IMG/VR virus record: IMGVR_UViG_3300005264_000040
Coordinates: 32,001-96,000 of that record
Source: a virus
Length of the DNA: 64,000 bases
Direction: 5' to 3' (one strand)
Notes under the pieces: generated by a model
Database searches by the model: none
Told to the model about the DNA's origin: nothing
Seen by the model: only the letters and a program-made list of their open reading frames with translations
Position numbers and translations under genes: made by a program
In this document: positions 9,576 to 18,547 of the stretch, piece after piece
Layout of the letters: every line of letters begins with the position of its first letter
How positions within the stretch are numbered: the first letter of the stretch is position 1

Positions 9576-10395
9576 AAATTTTCCTTCTTTGTTTGAAGGA
9601 AAAGAAAAAGGATCTAACTTAAAATTTGGATTTGTAAGTGATAACTTTATATATGTAACAGCAAATACCACATTTCCTGAAAATCTATTTTATATGGTTG
9701 AAGATTCCGATAGAAAACCTGTTAATTTTTCATTTCAAATTTCCGATACTATGTTTGATTTCTTTGAAAAAATAATAAATGATTTTAGGTTCAATAAAAT
9801 AGTAATAAGTTTTTTAATGGCAAAATCTTACAGTGATTCCATAACAAAAAATCATGTTTCAGTTTATGGGATTTCAAATATATTCATAGATAATTATAAA
9901 GTATTTTTATATCCAACTTTATCTGCTGAAGTTTTGCCTTTTATAGAATTTACACACCTTAAAAAGAAACCAACATCACAATATGCTAATCCTATTTATG
10001 AAGAAGAATTTGAAAATTTTACTTATAAATTATTTCCAGATAGATTTGAAATAGAACGTAAAAAAAGAACTCGATATTTTAATCCCAAAATCCAAAGATG
10101 GTTATACATTCCAGAATGGAGAGATAAAGATAAGAAACATGTGTTTGTTTTTGAACACTCAGCTTTATTACACGCAAAAAAAGAATTCTACATTCCGCCA
10201 GATAATAATTATATTTTAGTTGTAACTGAAGGAGAAAAAGTATCTTATTTATATTCAAGAGATATGTTAGACGGAACTGTAGAATTTGAACAGAAATCTT
10301 TTGTGAGCCTTAAGAAAACAGGATTGAGTGGAGAGGATTATGCAGAACTTTTAATAATGAAGATTTTGAGAACTTGGCGAGATGCAATTTTGTGA
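9565..10395 (+). CDS. hypothetical protein, paralog of 8724..9575
   Basis: SD AAGGAGG; motifs as above. Confidence 0.8.
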   Translation: MKIKNFPSLFEGKEKGSNLKFGFVSDNFIYVTANTTFPENLFYMVEDSDRKPVNFSFQISDTMFDFFEKIINDFRFNKIVISFLMAKSYSDSITKNHVSVYGISNIFIDNYKVFLYPTLSAEVLPFIEFTHLKKKPTSQYANPIYEEEFENFTYKLFPDRFEIERKKRTRYFNPKIQRWLYIPEWRDKDKKHVFVFEHSALLHAKKEFYIPPDNNYILVVTEGEKVSYLYSRDMLDGTVEFEQKSFVSLKKTGLSGEDYAELLIMKILRTWRDAIL

Positions 10396-10408
10396 TGTGA
10401 GAGTATAG

Positions 10409-10444
10409 AAAAAAAGTGAGAGCTACCCACCTGACCTGTATAAT
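10409..10444 (+). promoter_or_regulatory. putative sigma70-type promoter for a small RNA
   Basis: A7 tract, GTGAGA(10416-10421)-N17-TATAAT(10439-10444); the spacer forms the left arm of an imperfect inverted repeat whose right arm is 10453-10469. Confidence 0.6.
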
Positions 10445-10470
10445 AAGAAGAGCAGGCAGGTGTGGTAGCA

Positions 10471-10534
10471 AGAGAGAATGAGAATGAGAGAATGAGAGAG
10501 AATGAGAGAGAATGAGAGAATGAGAGAGAATGAG
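10471..10534 (+). repeat. irregular tandem repeat AATG(AG)n
   Basis: 7 AATG units; AG counts (3),1,2,3,3,2,3,1. Confidence 0.95.
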
Positions 10535-10546
10535 TGTCATAAATAG

Positions 10547-10608
10547 GGAGGTAGGAGTAGCAGAGGAGCGGCTTCGGCTGCTCTTCTGGTACTCCGCCTC
10601 CTTTTTTT
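10547..10608 (+). terminator. very long GC-rich terminator-type hairpin with cUUCGg tetraloop
   Basis: ggaggt-a-ggagta-g-cagaggagcggc TTCG gctgctcttctg-g-tactcc-gcctcc followed by T7. Confidence 0.85.
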
Positions 10609-10609
10609 A

Positions 10610-11068
10610 TTGAGAGGAGTGAAAGAAATGAAAGATGCAAAATATTTATTTCCAAGAGGGTTAGCTTTAGATGTAATTATTGAATATAGTGACCAAACCT
10701 ATCCAAAACAAGTACAACATTTTACTGTATGGAGAAAAACTTATTACGATCTTTATTTGGTAGTATTCAGTTATTTATCACTAACTGGACCATCTATTGC
10801 TATAGAAAAATATGCAACAATTTTTGATGATGATTTAGTAAAAGATTATTTTAATAGATTAAAAGACATACCAACAGGAGATGGCATTACTCAACCTATA
10901 AAAGATGTAACTGTGAGTTTTATAAAATATTCTTTTCCAAATAAAATATTAGAAACAAAAGTTTATGAGCCAACTGAATTTGTATTTGATATAGTATCAG
11001 AAGATTGGGTACGAAACAAATTAATAAAATTAGACCAATTATATGAAACGGAGGTTGGGAAAACATGA
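10610..11068 (+). CDS. hypothetical protein (likely start ATG 10628)
   Basis: SD GAGGAG upstream of ATG 10628; weak similarity to next ORF. Confidence 0.7.
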   Translation: MRGVKEMKDAKYLFPRGLALDVIIEYSDQTYPKQVQHFTVWRKTYYDLYLVVFSYLSLTGPSIAIEKYATIFDDDLVKDYFNRLKDIPTGDGITQPIKDVTVSFIKYSFPNKILETKVYEPTEFVFDIVSEDWVRNKLIKLDQLYETEVGKT

Positions 11069-11463
11069 TTAAAATCAGTAAAGGAAAATATATAAATTTT
11101 GCATTTGAAGATTTTTTTACTAACGAAGCATATGGATTAATAGTACATCAACCTGAAATTTCTATGCCAACATTCTATTTAATTATTTATCAAAAAAACG
11201 TATCTAATAATGATTCTATTTTTTATATTGAGGATATAACGCATTATCAAAACGTCACTCCACAGTTAATAGAATATATATACGACTATCTAACAGAGCA
11301 AGACAACTTAATAGACGAAGAAACCCCTTATGGACTAAACACATATGTAGCAAAATATGAAGATGGTTTATTGGAATTTAAAGAACCAGATTTTCTATCT
11401 GGAGGTTATGAAATATCTAAAGAATTAGTAGAAAAATTGTTGTTAGAATTAGTACGTTTATAA
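11065..11463 (+). CDS. acidic hypothetical protein
   Basis: ATGA overlap with upstream gene, SD GGAGG. Confidence 0.7.
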   Translation: MIKISKGKYINFAFEDFFTNEAYGLIVHQPEISMPTFYLIIYQKNVSNNDSIFYIEDITHYQNVTPQLIEYIYDYLTEQDNLIDEETPYGLNTYVAKYEDGLLEFKEPDFLSGGYEISKELVEKLLLELVRL

Positions 11464-11467
11464 CGAT

Positions 11468-11570
11468 CGTCGCAAATCCACTGTTCAAAGGGGTGCAAAT
11501 GACGGGCAACGACTCTATTATATATATATAATAGGACCGTTAAACGTCAAACGCACCCCTATGAATAGCG
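11468..11570. repeat. 103-bp imperfect palindrome, copy A
   Basis: Central perfect 20-bp palindrome ctattatatatatataatag (11515-11534), GC-rich imperfectly inverted arms; second copy at 30226-30328. Confidence 0.95.
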
Positions 11571-11789
11571 ACTTTGAGGTACTTTTTGGGTACTGTAATG
11601 CACCTCGAAATTACCATTTTTTCCAAAAATAACTCCAACAGAGAAAAATCTTTAAAATTACGATGGCTGTAATAGGCATAGAAAGTATCTTACAGAAGAA
11701 CAATATATCAAATATGTATGCCATATTATGCTCAAGTAACATGTTTATTAAATACTTAAAAGGGATTTTGTAACAAAAAATGCTTGAAT

Positions 11790-11818
11790 TTGACAACCTA
11801 TGCTTAAAATGTTATAAT
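11790..11818 (+). promoter_or_regulatory. consensus sigma70-type promoter
   Basis: TTGACA-N17-TATAAT with extended TG. Confidence 0.85.
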
Positions 11819-11834
11819 TATAAGGGGTGATAGA

Positions 11835-12146
11835 ATGAAAGAAATCGCAGATAAATTAGAAAATATTGTTGATTTTCACATTAGAATTGAAACAGATAAA
11901 AAGTTAAGAGAAGTTGAAAAATTAATACTAAAACTTTCTAAAGAAGAAAAAATAGAATTATTTGCAGAAATATTCAAAAGAAAGATAAAACATATTCCAG
12001 TAATTTATTTTGCTAAGTATGAAAAAGATTATGATACTGGTTTTATAGATGTTGCTTTACAAAGAGAAGAGACCATTTTAGGAAGGATATTAGATATTCT
12101 AGATGAGGAGGATGATGATATTGTTTTACCTGAAGATTCCATATGA
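11835..12146 (+). CDS. hypothetical protein
   Basis: 103-aa ORF behind consensus promoter and RBS AAGGGGTG. Confidence 0.75.
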   Translation: MKEIADKLENIVDFHIRIETDKKLREVEKLILKLSKEEKIELFAEIFKRKIKHIPVIYFAKYEKDYDTGFIDVALQREETILGRILDILDEEDDDIVLPEDSI

Positions 12147-13884
12147 TCCGGAAAAGATTCAAATTTTAAAGGACCATGGGTTTAGGTGGGATCCTGACAA
12201 GAAACAATGGTATGGAGAACCTACACCATGGAATGTAAAAGCGTTAGAAATCGAAGATTATTTTAACCCGGTTCCAAAAAGAATTGAATTGTTTTCAGAT
12301 TATTTAAACAACAGAAAACCTTTACCTGATTATTTATACGGGTATCAAAAAGAATTTGTGCTTTGGGCTTTAGAAAGATATGTGAAAAAGTATAAAGGTT
12401 TATTACTTGCAGATGATATGGGAATAGGGAAAACTGTACAAGCTATTGCGTTTTTTTCTCTTCTTATGAAAACATACTACAAAGAAAGAAGGATGCAAAC
12501 TGCAACTGTATATGTAACCACGAAAAGTGTTAAACAACAATACAGAGATGAAGTAGTTAGATTCGAACCAGAAATCCTTGCATATGAAAAGATAACAGAA
12601 GTACCAAAAAATGTTCCTTTTGCATTAGTTTTACATTATGAACAAATAAAAACGTTTTTTGAGCATAAAACCAAAAACAAACTTACTGAAGAAGAAAAGA
12701 TTTTAGATTCTATTCTGAAAAAATTTCAAGAAGGTGAAATTCCATATTTTGTAGTTTATGATGAAATTAGTAAAAAGATGAAAAACAAACAAACCGGAAA
12801 TACAAAATCTTTAAGAAAAGCATTTCCAAATCCTATACTAACATTAGCTACAACAGGAACTCCTATGGAATTGAATCTGAAAGAATTTTATACAATTGTT
12901 GATATTATTTGGCCAGGGTATTTCCCTTATAAAGTATTTGAAAGAGACCATGTAGTAAAAAAAGAAATATTTAATAGACACACAAGAAGAAGGCAAGAAA
13001 TAATTTCACATTATAAAAATCAAAAATTATTTTATGAAAGAGTAAAAGATATTATGTTGCGAAGATTAAAAGAAGATCAAAAGAAAAATGGCACTATGCA
13101 ACTTGGAGAAAAGCATATGATGTTTTGGGAAGTCCCATTAGATAAAACTCAAGAAACATTTATAAATATTCTTATCAAACAAATTGAAGCGCAAGTTGAA
13201 GATAAATCCCAAATACCGTTTAAAGCTTCTCCATTTTTAAGACAAATATTTAATCATCCTGCAGGAATGTTAATGTCAGATACAGAAGTTATTGATATGC
13301 AAGATTTCCCGAATATACCAGAAGATTACGTTCCTCCTAAATTTAAAAAAATAAAAGAGAAAACAGAAGAATTATTATCAGAAGGAAAGCAATTAATTAT
13401 ATTCACTTATTACACAAGGACTGCGAAATTGTTGGAAAAGTATTTAAAGACAGAAATTCCAAGTATAGGAATAAAAGTATTATCAGGTGAAGTTCCACAA
13501 AAAAGAGTAACTGCAGCTATAAAAGAATTCAAAGATAAAGCATATAATGCTATTATAGCTACTGATACAATTGCATATGGTGTGAATTTACAATTTGTCG
13601 ATCACATGATTATGGTAGAAACACCTTACAATCCAGCAGTATTCCTCCAAAGAACAGATAGAATTTATAGAAGCGGTTCAACTACAGATAAATTTATTTA
13701 TGTATTATACTCAAAAGCAGAAGAAAAAATCATTAAAAGATTAATAAAGAGGATGGAAGATGCAACAGAAGCTGTAGAAGGACGTAGAAAAAAAGCAAAT
13801 GTAGCTTTCGTTAAAGAGTTAGATATGATGTTATATGATGATTTGGTAGGGTTGAAAAGAAACAAAAGGAGGCTTTTAAAATGA
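12103..13884 (+). CDS. SNF2-family (SF2) helicase/ATPase
   Basis: Q motif LYGYQ, Walker A LLADDMGIGKT, motif II YDEIS, TGTPMELNLKEFY, helicase-C GVNLQ and QRTDRIYRSG. Confidence 0.88.
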   Translation: MRRMMILFYLKIPYDPEKIQILKDHGFRWDPDKKQWYGEPTPWNVKALEIEDYFNPVPKRIELFSDYLNNRKPLPDYLYGYQKEFVLWALERYVKKYKGLLLADDMGIGKTVQAIAFFSLLMKTYYKERRMQTATVYVTTKSVKQQYRDEVVRFEPEILAYEKITEVPKNVPFALVLHYEQIKTFFEHKTKNKLTEEEKILDSILKKFQEGEIPYFVVYDEISKKMKNKQTGNTKSLRKAFPNPILTLATTGTPMELNLKEFYTIVDIIWPGYFPYKVFERDHVVKKEIFNRHTRRRQEIISHYKNQKLFYERVKDIMLRRLKEDQKKNGTMQLGEKHMMFWEVPLDKTQETFINILIKQIEAQVEDKSQIPFKASPFLRQIFNHPAGMLMSDTEVIDMQDFPNIPEDYVPPKFKKIKEKTEELLSEGKQLIIFTYYTRTAKLLEKYLKTEIPSIGIKVLSGEVPQKRVTAAIKEFKDKAYNAIIATDTIAYGVNLQFVDHMIMVETPYNPAVFLQRTDRIYRSGSTTDKFIYVLYSKAEEKIIKRLIKRMEDATEAVEGRRKKANVAFVKELDMMLYDDLVGLKRNKRRLLK

Positions 13885-14081
13885 AGAAAATTTTGATATT
13901 ACGAACCTTATTTATAATTTTGTTTTGGATAGTATGGATAGTAGCATTTAGCTATTTACCAAAAGAAATTATAGTATATATTACTTCATTTATAATATGG
14001 TTCTTTTTAGGAATTTCATTAAATATGTCCTTGCATAAAAGTATAAAAAAAAGAATAAACAAAGAGAAGCGTGAAAACTAA
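13881..14081 (+). CDS. small membrane protein (2 predicted TM)
   Basis: Two hydrophobic stretches, basic C-terminus, ATGA overlap. Confidence 0.65.
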   Translation: MKKILILRTLFIILFWIVWIVAFSYLPKEIIVYITSFIIWFFLGISLNMSLHKSIKKRINKEKREN

Positions 14082-14491
14082 TGGAAAAAAGTAGTATTAT
14101 ATTTTACATGATAGGATTAGGTATAATATCTACAATGATATTATTATTTAACGAAGTATTTCATTATAAAATTATTTTATTTGCAAAAAAGAAAAAACTA
14201 TTTGTTTATAGGTTAGAACAGGAAGAGATGGATGAAATTGAAACAGAAAATAGAACTTTGTTTGTAATAGAACTAGCTGTAATATTTTTTATAGGATTAT
14301 TTGTATTTTTAAATTATTATATAGTAACAATAATTTCATTAGTTGTATTTGTGGGTTTAATAACTTACCATTTGCTTTTTGCAAAAAAACTTTTTTTTAT
14401 ATTTGAAATTTTTAAAATAAGGGAAGGAGATAAACAGCATGAAAGAAATCTTAGAAAAATTAATGCAAATATCATACGAAAAAGAAAATGA
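14081..14491 (+). CDS. membrane protein (about 3 TM)
   Basis: Hydrophobic segments; TAATG coupling. Confidence 0.6.
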   Translation: MEKSSIIFYMIGLGIISTMILLFNEVFHYKIILFAKKKKLFVYRLEQEEMDEIETENRTLFVIELAVIFFIGLFVFLNYYIVTIISLVVFVGLITYHLLFAKKLFFIFEIFKIREGDKQHERNLRKINANIIRKRK

Positions 14492-14753
14492 AATCCCAAA
14501 TAGGTTTATGAAACTTATAGAAGAAGTAGGAGAAGCAAGTCAAATGGCATTAGCTTTTCAAAGAAATATAAGTGCTTCTGAGAGTAAAAAGGCTATAGCA
14601 ACAAGAGAAAATGTGTTAGAAGAATTAGTTGATGTTTTAATAGTTGCTTTTGATATATATATACAGATGTCTGATGCTGAAGATTGGATTTCTGAATTAG
14701 AAGAAATTATGAATAAAAAATTGGAAAAGTGGCAAAGAAAAGCCACCTCCTAA
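14439..14753 (+). CDS. MazG-like nucleotide pyrophosphohydrolase
   Basis: KLIEEVGEAS and VLEELVDVL acidic helical motifs typical of all-alpha NTP pyrophosphatases. Confidence 0.8.
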   Translation: MKEILEKLMQISYEKENEIPNRFMKLIEEVGEASQMALAFQRNISASESKKAIATRENVLEELVDVLIVAFDIYIQMSDAEDWISELEEIMNKKLEKWQRKATS

Positions 14754-14765
14754 TTACTACTTTTG

Positions 14766-14806
14766 CTCGGGGCAGGGCAAACGGGGTGCTCTCCTCGAGA
14801 CTTTTT
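14766..14806 (+). terminator. GC-rich hairpin, putative terminator
   Basis: ctcgggg-c-agggca / tgctct-cctcgag stem, T5 shortly after. Confidence 0.5.
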
Positions 14807-14826
14807 AAAATAAAAAGGGGGTATGA

Positions 14827-15084
14827 TTGTTGAAAACAGTGGTTTATAAACACTATAAAGGCAAAGAATACATGATTCTTTTAGATAATGCCTTTATAGA
14901 AAAAAACTTAGAAAGAGCAGTAGTTTATAAAAGCATTGACGATGGAAAAGTTTGGATTAGACCGTATGATGAGTTTTTTGGTGAGGTGGAAATAAATGGA
15001 AAGAAAATTCCAAGATTCCAAAAAAGATTAAAAGAGGATACCTTGCAAGAATATTATTCTAGGAAAACAAGTTTAGAAAAATAA
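14827..15084 (+). CDS. DUF1653-like protein
   Basis: YKHYKGKEY...VVYKS..DGKVWIRPYDEFF..VE...PRF pattern. Confidence 0.8.
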   Translation: MLKTVVYKHYKGKEYMILLDNAFIEKNLERAVVYKSIDDGKVWIRPYDEFFGEVEINGKKIPRFQKRLKEDTLQEYYSRKTSLEK

Positions 15085-15107
15085 AATCAAGAAAGGGGAT
15101 GTAATGC

Positions 15108-16358
15108 ATGAATGTTATTTTGGAAAATTACAAAATGCTTCAAGAAGAAATAAAAAATGAAAAAATAAAAAAAGGAAAGCAACTTATGCAAGATGGACAT
15201 ATTGCAGAAGGGTTGAAAATTTTATTAAAAGAAAAAGTTCTTGTACCAGGAGCAACTGAATATTTAAAACATCCAGATGCCAAAGTAAGGATTGCAGCTA
15301 TGCAATATTTAATTAAAGCAAAAAATGAAGAGGATTTTTTAGAAGATATGGTTCATGATGAAAATCCACAAGTCAGAATCAAAGCTATTGAATTATACTT
15401 TGATTATGTACCCGCATCAAATGTCAGCAAATTCTTGGAATTTTTATTAGATGAAGATTATAAAGTTAAAATAAAAGCTTTTATATTGTTATTAGAAAGT
15501 GGTTTTTTTGAAGATACAAAGAAGTTTGTAGAAGAACATAATATAATCGAATTTAAAGATATATTTACAGGAGATTCAATTGATATATTAAAAGATGAAT
15601 CTGTGCCTAAGAAAATAAAAGTTACTCTTTTAAACTACATAGTTATGAATATGCCTATGTCAGAATTTGATGAAAAATATTTTGATTTATATAAACAATT
15701 AAATAATGATTTGAAAAAACAACTTTTAATTTGGATAAGTAAAGCGCCAGAAACTGAAAAAAGATTAGAGAAACTTTGGAAAATAGAAGGTAATGACGAA
15801 TTAAAAGCTATAATGCTTGGAATGGCAAGAAGTAAAATTGTCGAAGAAGCTGAATTAATAGATTTAATAAATGAAACAAAATCAGTTAAACTAAAAAAAG
15901 CAATATTGAATTATGCAAGAAGAATAGATAGCCTTAATTTTATAGATGAAGCGAGAAGACTAATAAATAATGATGAACTTGCAGAAGAAGCTGCAGCTTA
16001 CGCCATATCTATGTTAGATTATGAAGCATTAAACATTAATAGAATTACAGAATGGTTAGAATCAAAATCTCTGGGAAAAATCAGAAAAGCTTTGGCAGGA
16101 ATAAAAAAATTAAAATATGAAGAAATGGCTCCTGTTATTTATAATAAAATAATTGAAAATAAAAAATATCCAACAAATATAAGGACTGCTGCAATCAATA
16201 CCATTAAAATGCTGAAATTGCCAGAATACGCAAATGATTTCATGAAATTAACAAATGACATAGAAGAAGATTTAGCAGTCAGAGAAACTGCGTTGAAAGC
16301 AGTTGCAAGACTAGACCCAAGTCTTTTAGAAAATTTACACAATACCCCAAGCGTATAA
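15108..16358 (+). CDS. HEAT-repeat (alpha-solenoid) protein
   Basis: Repeats such as LKHPDAKVRIAAMQYL, VHDENPQVRIKAIELY, LLDEDYKVKIKA, VRETALKAVARL. Confidence 0.75.
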   Translation: MNVILENYKMLQEEIKNEKIKKGKQLMQDGHIAEGLKILLKEKVLVPGATEYLKHPDAKVRIAAMQYLIKAKNEEDFLEDMVHDENPQVRIKAIELYFDYVPASNVSKFLEFLLDEDYKVKIKAFILLLESGFFEDTKKFVEEHNIIEFKDIFTGDSIDILKDESVPKKIKVTLLNYIVMNMPMSEFDEKYFDLYKQLNNDLKKQLLIWISKAPETEKRLEKLWKIEGNDELKAIMLGMARSKIVEEAELIDLINETKSVKLKKAILNYARRIDSLNFIDEARRLINNDELAEEAAAYAISMLDYEALNINRITEWLESKSLGKIRKALAGIKKLKYEEMAPVIYNKIIENKKYPTNIRTAAINTIKMLKLPEYANDFMKLTNDIEEDLAVRETALKAVARLDPSLLENLHNTPSV

Positions 16359-16361
16359 CGC

Positions 16362-16715
16362 TTGGGTTATTTAAGAAAGGAGATGATGCTTGTGGATATG
16401 GATATGGAAATGTTATGGTTTAAAGCGTTTTTGGTTTCTGCAGAATACATTTTAATTAAAGAAGAAGATGAACAAATTTTTGAAGAACAGGTAGAAGAAC
16501 TTTCTTTTATTTTGTATGATTCATTAGAAAATAAAGAAGATATTGATAGAGACGAATTAACAAGAGAAATAAGAAATACATTGAGAGCATTTGTGAATAA
16601 ATTAAAAACATTGAGGAACACCGAAGAAAATACAGTTAAAACTAATGAAAGATTTGAAGGTTTTTTCATATCTTTGGAAAAGGCTTTTACAGCTAATTTA
16701 ACATCTTTAAACTAG
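16362..16715 (+). CDS. acidic hypothetical protein
   Basis: Open frame in co-directional run; internal SD GAAAGGAG before ATG 16383/16386. Confidence 0.6.
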   Translation: MGYLRKEMMLVDMDMEMLWFKAFLVSAEYILIKEEDEQIFEEQVEELSFILYDSLENKEDIDRDELTREIRNTLRAFVNKLKTLRNTEENTVKTNERFEGFFISLEKAFTANLTSLN

Positions 16716-16724
16716 AGAAAGGAG

Positions 16725-17351
16725 TTGAACAATGTGAAAATAAATTATCCAACAAGAACAATGATTATAGGAGAAAAAAAATATTTAGAAGGGGTAATAA
16801 GAGCTTTAGATTATGAGAAAGAAAACATCGCTGCATCATTAGAATTACAAGTTTCAAAACGTACTCAATTTTCAAAAGAAGGAAAATCATATTTTACGAT
16901 TGTAACATATAGTCCTGATGTTAATCCTACAGAATTAATGGAAACCATAATAGAAATAAAAAATAAACACATAGAACCAGTAGTATTATATGCAACACAA
17001 ACTAAGAATGGTTTAAAATTAGAAAATTTAGAACTAAGAAGTTTTGACGCAGTATATGCTGATTTCAAAAAGGTAATTGAAGACACAAAAGTTGAAACCA
17101 TAAATACTATAATTAATACAATAAAATATGGAACTTATATAGAAGTGCAGATAGACGAAGACCAACTACAAGAAATAAAAGCTTTAGCAAAGAACATTTT
17201 AAGTCCTTCTGAATTTAAAAACGCTATAATGGATGTATTTGAAATTTTGCTGGATCGTAATATCGTAAAATTCAAAATTTTTGATCAAAAGAAAGAAAAA
17301 AAACTTTTAACTTTTGATAGTTTATTGGAGGTGTTGGGCATTGAAAAATGA
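16725..17351 (+). CDS. hypothetical protein
   Basis: 208-aa ORF, SD GAAAGGAG. Confidence 0.7.
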   Translation: MNNVKINYPTRTMIIGEKKYLEGVIRALDYEKENIAASLELQVSKRTQFSKEGKSYFTIVTYSPDVNPTELMETIIEIKNKHIEPVVLYATQTKNGLKLENLELRSFDAVYADFKKVIEDTKVETINTIINTIKYGTYIEVQIDEDQLQEIKALAKNILSPSEFKNAIMDVFEILLDRNIVKFKIFDQKKEKKLLTFDSLLEVLGIEK

Positions 17352-18303
17352 ATTACTTTACTACACTTTTAAAGATTTGTTTAAGGCTCTTTATAGCAGA
17401 TATAGATATCCGCAGGAAATTATTTCACAATATTTGGATTATGCTGATGCTATCTATTATTATGAACATACACACGACAAGCTAATGAATTTATATGAAA
17501 AACTTTTTCCTTTAAGATGTATGGGAGAATTAATAGCAAAAACATACACTAACGATAACGCCAGAATGTTCTCCGTACCTTATTTTGATAACAATTTTCA
17601 AAAACATATGTATACTTGCATAGCAATTCCTGAATATAGTGAAAAAAACTTTATTGTATATATGAATAATATTAGATTTACATTTGAAGAACTGAAAGAT
17701 TTAGAAAGAATAGTCGAAACGTTTTTAAGAGATTCTTTTGAAGATGTAAATAAAATAGAGTTCAGAAGACTTCTTGTAAATAAAGCTGAATTAAATCCTT
17801 TTTATTCAAACGAAGCTATATTAAAAGATGATAACGAAACTATAATTAATAAGGTTTATTTGTTTTATGAAGAAGTAAATCCGGAGTATGCAAAAAAAAT
17901 CAAGAAAAGAATTACTTATATGAAAAATCTTTATTTAGAGTTATTTGGTGAAGAAAAGGAACACGAGTTTTATAAAAAATTGATAGATTATGTAAGCAGA
18001 CAATCTGCAGATTTTTCTGGGTTTATCAAAGAATTTATTAGAAGTTATTTAGAAACAAAGCTAATAGAAAAAACAATAGCAGAGTATGCAAATTTTAAAG
18101 TACAAAAAATTCATTTCGGTTCAGAAATTGCAGAAGTTGAAGATGTTGTTAGACAAACGTTATATAATTTAAGAGTTTATAAAGGAACAAATATTATAGA
18201 AATTTATATGGGGAAAGAAAAACTTTTAAATGTAGATTTAAAATATACCTCAGAATACGCCTTTGCGGTAAAACTAAAAACTTTATTTAAAGGGGGTAAT
18301 TAA
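17314..18303 (+). CDS. hypothetical protein
   Basis: 329-aa ORF, internal SD GGAGGTG. Confidence 0.7.
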   Translation: MIVYWRCWALKNELLYYTFKDLFKALYSRYRYPQEIISQYLDYADAIYYYEHTHDKLMNLYEKLFPLRCMGELIAKTYTNDNARMFSVPYFDNNFQKHMYTCIAIPEYSEKNFIVYMNNIRFTFEELKDLERIVETFLRDSFEDVNKIEFRRLLVNKAELNPFYSNEAILKDDNETIINKVYLFYEEVNPEYAKKIKKRITYMKNLYLELFGEEKEHEFYKKLIDYVSRQSADFSGFIKEFIRSYLETKLIEKTIAEYANFKVQKIHFGSEIAEVEDVVRQTLYNLRVYKGTNIIEIYMGKEKLLNVDLKYTSEYAFAVKLKTLFKGGN

Positions 18304-18304
18304 A

Positions 18305-18547
18305 ATGGAAGGACCATCAGGATGGTTATGGTTTCTATGGGCAGGACTAGCAGTTTGGGTTTTTTTAGACGCATATTATAAAAAAAATAAAACTGAATTA
18401 GTCTCTTTCTTATGGGGGTTAATAACATTCCTTTTTGGAATTTTTGGAGCTCTGGCTTATTTTTTTATTACATTTGCAGAAAGAAGAAATATGCAACTGA
18501 GGAAGGAGGAAGAAGATGAAGAAAGAAATTCTAGAGAAGATAACTAA
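18305..18547 (+). CDS. small membrane protein (2 TM)
   Basis: WLWFLWAGLAVWVFLDA and FLWGLITFLFGIFGALAYFFI hydrophobic helices. Confidence 0.7.
   Translation: MEGPSGWLWFLWAGLAVWVFLDAYYKKNKTELVSFLWGLITFLFGIFGALAYFFITFAERRNMQLRKEEEDEERNSREDN

Larger units (their letters stand above)
10451..10608 (+). ncRNA. putative ~158-nt small RNA with purine-rich repeat tract and long 3' hairpin
   Basis: Lies between the promoter above and a terminator hairpin; no coding capacity on + strand; expression itself is inferred. Confidence 0.55.

Noticed and set aside
10409-10608. A7G / CT7 pairing as retron a1/a2 inverted repeat
   Set aside because: Only 8 low-complexity bp, the left arm lies upstream of the predicted start site and the right arm is the terminator U tract
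10310-10655. Minus-strand ORFs with HSLS/LILSHS repeats
   Set aside because: They are translations of the AATG(AG)n tract and hairpins, antisense to flanking genes and to the predicted promoter-terminator unit, with no RBS
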